64,000 bases of DNA from Candidatus Aegiribacteria sp. GTDB lineage: Bacteria > Fermentibacterota > Fermentibacteria > Fermentibacterales > JCC-6. Positions within the stretch are counted from its first letter, which is position 1. Every line of letters begins with the position of its first letter. Shown in pieces: positions 60,187-64,000 of the stretch. The DNA is taken from NCBI GenBank assembly GCA_023138735.1, contig JAGLOY010000013.1, forward strand, positions 14,139 through 78,138, read 5' to 3'. Under the pieces are notes generated by a model. The model searched no databases, had not been told where the DNA came from, and saw only the letters and a list, made by a program, of their open reading frames with translations. The position numbers and the translations under genes are program-made.

Positions 60187-60246
60187 TTGACAGAAAGAAT
60201 CGGGATTTGAATAATTGCGAGTATTCGTTAATGCGACTATTCGCAA
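60187..60246 (+). promoter_or_regulatory. Promoter plus tandem operators of the Ni/Co uptake operon
   Basis: TTGACA (60187)-17 nt-AATAAT; TTGCGAGTATTCGTTA (60215) and ATGCGACTATTCGCAA (60231). Confidence 0.65.
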
Positions 60247-60262
60247 TAGGAAGAGGGGGAAA

Positions 60263-61111
60263 ATGAAAAAATTGACAATACTTTCATCGGTAATGCTGCT
60301 TCTATCACTTACAGCTATTTCCTGCGGGGGGGAAGAAGCGGATCAGGTTGAACAGGAAACAACTGAAGAGACAATACAGGAAAACACTGGTGACTTGAGG
60401 TTCATTGCTAACGGTGAGGATTTCGTCCGGTCAGGTTTCATATCCTCTGATGGATGGCATATCACATTCAGGCACCTTTACGTTACAATCACGGACATTA
60501 CAGCTTACAAGACCGATCCTTCGTACGATCCTCACTCAGGTGATGAGATAATCGGGAATATCGTGGTTGAGTTGAACGGTGTTTTCACAATTGATCTTGC
60601 TGAGGATGATGAGAATACGGAACCGATTCTCATTGGTTCTCTTGATGACGTTCCTACAGGACATTACAATGCCATTTCGTGGAGTATGGTACCTTCCATC
60701 GATGGACCCTCCGAGGGTTACAGCATCTATATTGATGCCCAGGCGGAAAAGGGAAACCAATCCTATAACGTACGTCTTGGATTTGAAACAGGTTACAGGT
60801 ATTCCGCGGGTGATTATGTGGGTGATGTGAGGAAAGGCTTCGTGAATGCAGGAGTGCCCGGCGAACTCGAAATGACATTCCATTTCGATCACATATTCGG
60901 CGATATAGATCAACCAGCAGAATGTGATCTTAACATGATGGCTATAGGGTTTGAGCCTTTCGCCGCACTGATGGGGGAGGGTACGGTAGAAGAAGATCTG
61001 ACGACCCTTGAGCGGAAATTACCCGAGGAGACATATGCTAAGCTTCTAGAAGTTCTCACTACACTTGGTCACACGGGAGAAGGGCACTGTTATTGCACGG
61101 TAATCCAATGA
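60263..61111 (+). CDS. DUF4382-like lipoprotein associated with the Ni/Co ECF transporter
   Basis: ISC lipobox; ANGEDFVR.GF...DGW.I.F, TFHFDHIFGD, LGHTGEGHC. Confidence 0.75.
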   Translation: MKKLTILSSVMLLLSLTAISCGGEEADQVEQETTEETIQENTGDLRFIANGEDFVRSGFISSDGWHITFRHLYVTITDITAYKTDPSYDPHSGDEIIGNIVVELNGVFTIDLAEDDENTEPILIGSLDDVPTGHYNAISWSMVPSIDGPSEGYSIYIDAQAEKGNQSYNVRLGFETGYRYSAGDYVGDVRKGFVNAGVPGELEMTFHFDHIFGDIDQPAECDLNMMAIGFEPFAALMGEGTVEEDLTTLERKLPEETYAKLLEVLTTLGHTGEGHCYCTVIQ

Positions 61112-61542
61112 AGATCCTTCTATCATCTGCTGCTCTTTTAATGCTTACCGCTCCAGTCTTCGGTCATGGAGCCAGGGTTGTCTGGGAAATGCAGGACGAT
61201 TCAGTGCATATTTCAGCTTCATTTGATGATGGGCAGCCTCTGGCCAGAGCACAGGTTACAGTGTTCTCGGGAGCTGCCCCATCAGTGCCGTACATCGTTG
61301 GAATGACGGATGAAAATGGAGAATTCTCTTTTCTGCCCGATAAGGAGAAATCACTGAACTGGGATGTGCAGGTCCGCAGTGCTGGGCACGGGGATATAGT
61401 GAACCTATCATTGACTGAGGAATCTACGGTCAAGAATGAGCAGGGCAAATTTACCACACTTCAGATAGTCCTAATGTCAGCCTGCGTTGTATGGGGTTTC
61501 ATTGGAACCGCTTTTTTCTTTGCCTCGCGACGGAGAAGGTAA
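61108..61542 (+). CDS. NikL/CbiL-like accessory protein
   Basis: Signal peptide then His; TDENGEFSF.P; AGHG; C-terminal TM segment; ATGA overlap. Confidence 0.7.
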   Translation: MKILLSSAALLMLTAPVFGHGARVVWEMQDDSVHISASFDDGQPLARAQVTVFSGAAPSVPYIVGMTDENGEFSFLPDKEKSLNWDVQVRSAGHGDIVNLSLTEESTVKNEQGKFTTLQIVLMSACVVWGFIGTAFFFASRRRR

Positions 61543-61543
61543 A

Positions 61544-62176
61544 ATGCACATTCCTGACGGAATGCTCCCGGGGGAAATATGTGCTGCCGGATATGCCGGT
61601 TCTGCAGTTCTGACATGGATCTGTATTAAAAAAGCGCGCAGCAGCAGTGAAGATCCGGCTGGAATCGTTTCAAGAGCATCGGTCATGGCGGCAGCTTTCT
61701 TTGTTGTATCCTGGATTCATATTCCCCTGCCCCCGGTCAGCGTTCACCCCATTCTGGCAGGCCTGATGGGGATTCTACTCGGTTGGTTATCTTTCCCGGC
61801 AATCCTTGTTGGGTTGTTTTTCCAGGCAGCGATGTTCGGTCATGGGGGTTTTACAACTCTCGGAGTAAATGCTCTTTCCATGGGGGGAGCCGCGCTGCTT
61901 GCCTGGGCTCTGTACCGAATGCTAAGAGGAAAGTCGGGAGAAAGAGCTATCCTCATATCAGGATTTGCGGCCGGGTTTGCAGGAGTGTCGTTCGCGGTGA
62001 TTGCTGTTGGTACTGTTCTGATCCTGACGATACCTGCATACATCAATACCGGAGCAGAAGTATCTGCTGTACTCGCCATGGCTGCGGCACACCTCCCGCT
62101 GGCCCTGGCAGAGGGGATATTCACAGCTCTTGTAGCCCGGTTCCTTCTTAGAGTTAAACCTGATATGCTGATGTAA
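61544..62176 (+). CDS. cbiM: Ni/Co ECF S component, CbiM/NikM family
   Basis: N-terminal MHIPDG; FGHGGFTTLGVN; HLPLALAEG. Confidence 0.92.
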   Translation: MHIPDGMLPGEICAAGYAGSAVLTWICIKKARSSSEDPAGIVSRASVMAAAFFVVSWIHIPLPPVSVHPILAGLMGILLGWLSFPAILVGLFFQAAMFGHGGFTTLGVNALSMGGAALLAWALYRMLRGKSGERAILISGFAAGFAGVSFAVIAVGTVLILTIPAYINTGAEVSAVLAMAAAHLPLALAEGIFTALVARFLLRVKPDMLM

Positions 62177-62177
62177 C

Positions 62178-62948
62178 ATGCTGCCGCAAACACATCGAAT
62201 GAGAGCGTTTGAGAACTGGGATACATCCTTGAAAATTCCCAGCCTTTTTCTTCTAATGATGTCTATGGCATTGATCAGGGACCAGCATCTGATTCCCCTT
62301 CTGCCGTGCATCGCCGCGGTCCTGTTCATTGCATCAGGAATTCCTCTGTCGCTGCTTCTGACACGGCTTCGTGCTCCGGTTGTATTTCTTCTGTTCGTCA
62401 GTGTATTCCTTGTACTCTTTTCAGAAGGAGAAACTCTTGCCAGAATAGGTCCTTTCGATCTGAAATCGCTGGGAGCCATTCTCGCGTTGAATACATGGGT
62501 GCGGGTTTTGAGTGTTATTTCCGTAGGAATAGTTATGATCCAGACCACACCTCTTTCAGGTTTGTCAGGTAAACTGAAAAGGATGCTGATTCCGCACATT
62601 CTTATTGATATCGGTATTATGACCGGAAGGTATATAATGGTCATTGGAGAAGATTACAGTAAGATGAAAAACGCCAGAAAACTGAGAGGTTATGCACCCG
62701 GGAGAAGTTTGACTCGAAGACTCGGTGTTATCGTGCCAACAGCGGCAACATTACTTATTAAAGGATTTCAGCAGTCCGAGAGGGTTTTTCATGCGATGCG
62801 AATGAGAGGTTATGGAAGCAATTTCACTGGTGATGACAGAAGTCGTGCATTAGAACGGCCTTCAACTTTAAGTATTCTGCTGTCTTTTGCGACTATAGCT
62901 GTATCTCTCCTTCTGATAGTTCTGGAGATAACTGTTGAAACCGCGTAA
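62178..62948 (+). CDS. cbiQ: ECF T component CbiQ/NikQ
   Basis: RYI, ARKLRGY, SERVFHAMRMRGY. Confidence 0.9.
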   Translation: MLPQTHRMRAFENWDTSLKIPSLFLLMMSMALIRDQHLIPLLPCIAAVLFIASGIPLSLLLTRLRAPVVFLLFVSVFLVLFSEGETLARIGPFDLKSLGAILALNTWVRVLSVISVGIVMIQTTPLSGLSGKLKRMLIPHILIDIGIMTGRYIMVIGEDYSKMKNARKLRGYAPGRSLTRRLGVIVPTAATLLIKGFQQSERVFHAMRMRGYGSNFTGDDRSRALERPSTLSILLSFATIAVSLLLIVLEITVETA

Positions 62949-63711
62949 ACTGGAGAATAGAATGCAGAATGGTTTTCATGTTAACGTTAAGGATCTGAAA
63001 TTTTCCTTCCCACTGCAGGAGCCTGTTCTCCAAGGAGTTGACATTGAGGTGAACCCTGGAGAAAAGGTGGGAATAATCGGACCGAACGGATCGGGTAAAA
63101 CTACACTATTTCTGCTTCTGGCGGGGATGCTTGCCCCTGATTCAGGGTCATTGTCTGTTCTTGATTCCCCGGTAAAGACGGGTAGTTTTAACAGGAACCT
63201 CGGTTTTGTATTTCAGAATCCCGATGATCAGCTCTTCTGCCCTACCGTAAGGGACGATCTGGCATTTGGCCTTCTTAATCTTGGCTATTCCAGAGGTGAA
63301 GCTGATTCAATGATAGATTCATACCTGACCCGTCTGGAGATGTCCGATCTGGCCGGCAGACCTCCCCACAATCTCTCCGGTGGTGAGAAAAGAATGGTAT
63401 CAATAGCCGGAGTTATCATTATGAACCCGACTGTTGTGTTGCTTGATGAACCGGAATCCAGTCTTGACAGCAGGGCAAGGAGGCAGCTCATAGAGTTCCT
63501 CCGGAATTCAAACGAAACGTTGCTGATAGCTTCTCATGACCTCGAGTTTCTCCTTGAAACCTGCGAAAGAACGGTTGTGCTTGATAACGGCAGAATATGT
63601 GCTGACGGGGCATCAAGGGAGATAATGGGCAATGAACCGCTGGTGAATTCCCACGGCTTTGAAAAGCCGCATTCTCTCGTTCCCCATGCTGAACAACATC
63701 ACAGCATCTAA
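62935..63711 (+). CDS. cbiO: ECF ATPase CbiO/NikO (start may be 62962)
   Basis: GPNGSGKT, FQNPDDQLF, LSGGEK, LLDEP, SHD. Confidence 0.93.
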   Translation: MKPRKLENRMQNGFHVNVKDLKFSFPLQEPVLQGVDIEVNPGEKVGIIGPNGSGKTTLFLLLAGMLAPDSGSLSVLDSPVKTGSFNRNLGFVFQNPDDQLFCPTVRDDLAFGLLNLGYSRGEADSMIDSYLTRLEMSDLAGRPPHNLSGGEKRMVSIAGVIIMNPTVVLLDEPESSLDSRARRQLIEFLRNSNETLLIASHDLEFLLETCERTVVLDNGRICADGASREIMGNEPLVNSHGFEKPHSLVPHAEQHHSI

Positions 63712-64000
63712 CTGAATCAAGATTATCCCTGGTATGTTCTTGAAGTCGTATGTATTGCAAGTGAAGTTCGGCCCCAAGAGGAATGCATCCTGTTGTTGAA
63801 ACCATTGCGAGAATTACCGAAATGGTTCCGTCGAAGGATTTATTTCGATGTCCTCCAGCGAATCAGCATCATTTCAGTTATACAATTTACTTTTCTCTGA
63901 TGAAAGGAGTTCTACAATCATCTAGAGTAACCCGGTTCTGATGTATCCTATTATGAACTGTCCTCTTAACAGGGGGGCTTACATAATAGCAAATATATCA

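Noticed and set aside
1-64000. Genome-wide UGA reassignment (code 4 or 25)
   Set aside because: The serpin, CutA, Fur and MOSC genes end at TGA where the families normally end, and long genes contain no internal TGA.

Overview
An accessory-rich 64 kb window from an anaerobic FCB-group bacterium. Many T9SS-type C-terminal domains, a C25 propeptide and C-terminal TWxxIK tails suggest Ca. Fermentibacterota; this is inference. Ordinary content: MFS and NemR-like TetR, a CusCBA-type efflux cluster, Rex, MsrBA, a serpin, MATE, Fe-S proteins, a SpoIIE phosphatase, a THUMP RNA methyltransferase, a TonB-dependent receptor and a Fur-family-linked Ni/Co ECF operon. Three things stand out. (1) A coupled two-gene operon at 29703-30262 (-), which the ORF track shows only as a fragment, has four in-frame UGA codons. 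Each is followed 12-19 nt later by a hairpin with a G-containing loop, so these are candidate novel small proteins with two selenocysteines each. (2) About 16 kb downstream of tRNA-Gln(CTG) (30430-46392) is an array of seven cargo cassettes. They are delimited by 12 copies of the tRNA 3'-end core TGGCTGG(C) with interchangeable flanks, and only stumps of a probable large serine recombinase remain. (3) A second family of tRNA-3'-end-like tandem repeats, with two degenerate tRNAs, flanks T9SS cargo genes at 14.4-16.6 kb. Family assignments come from motif recognition only; no searches were run.
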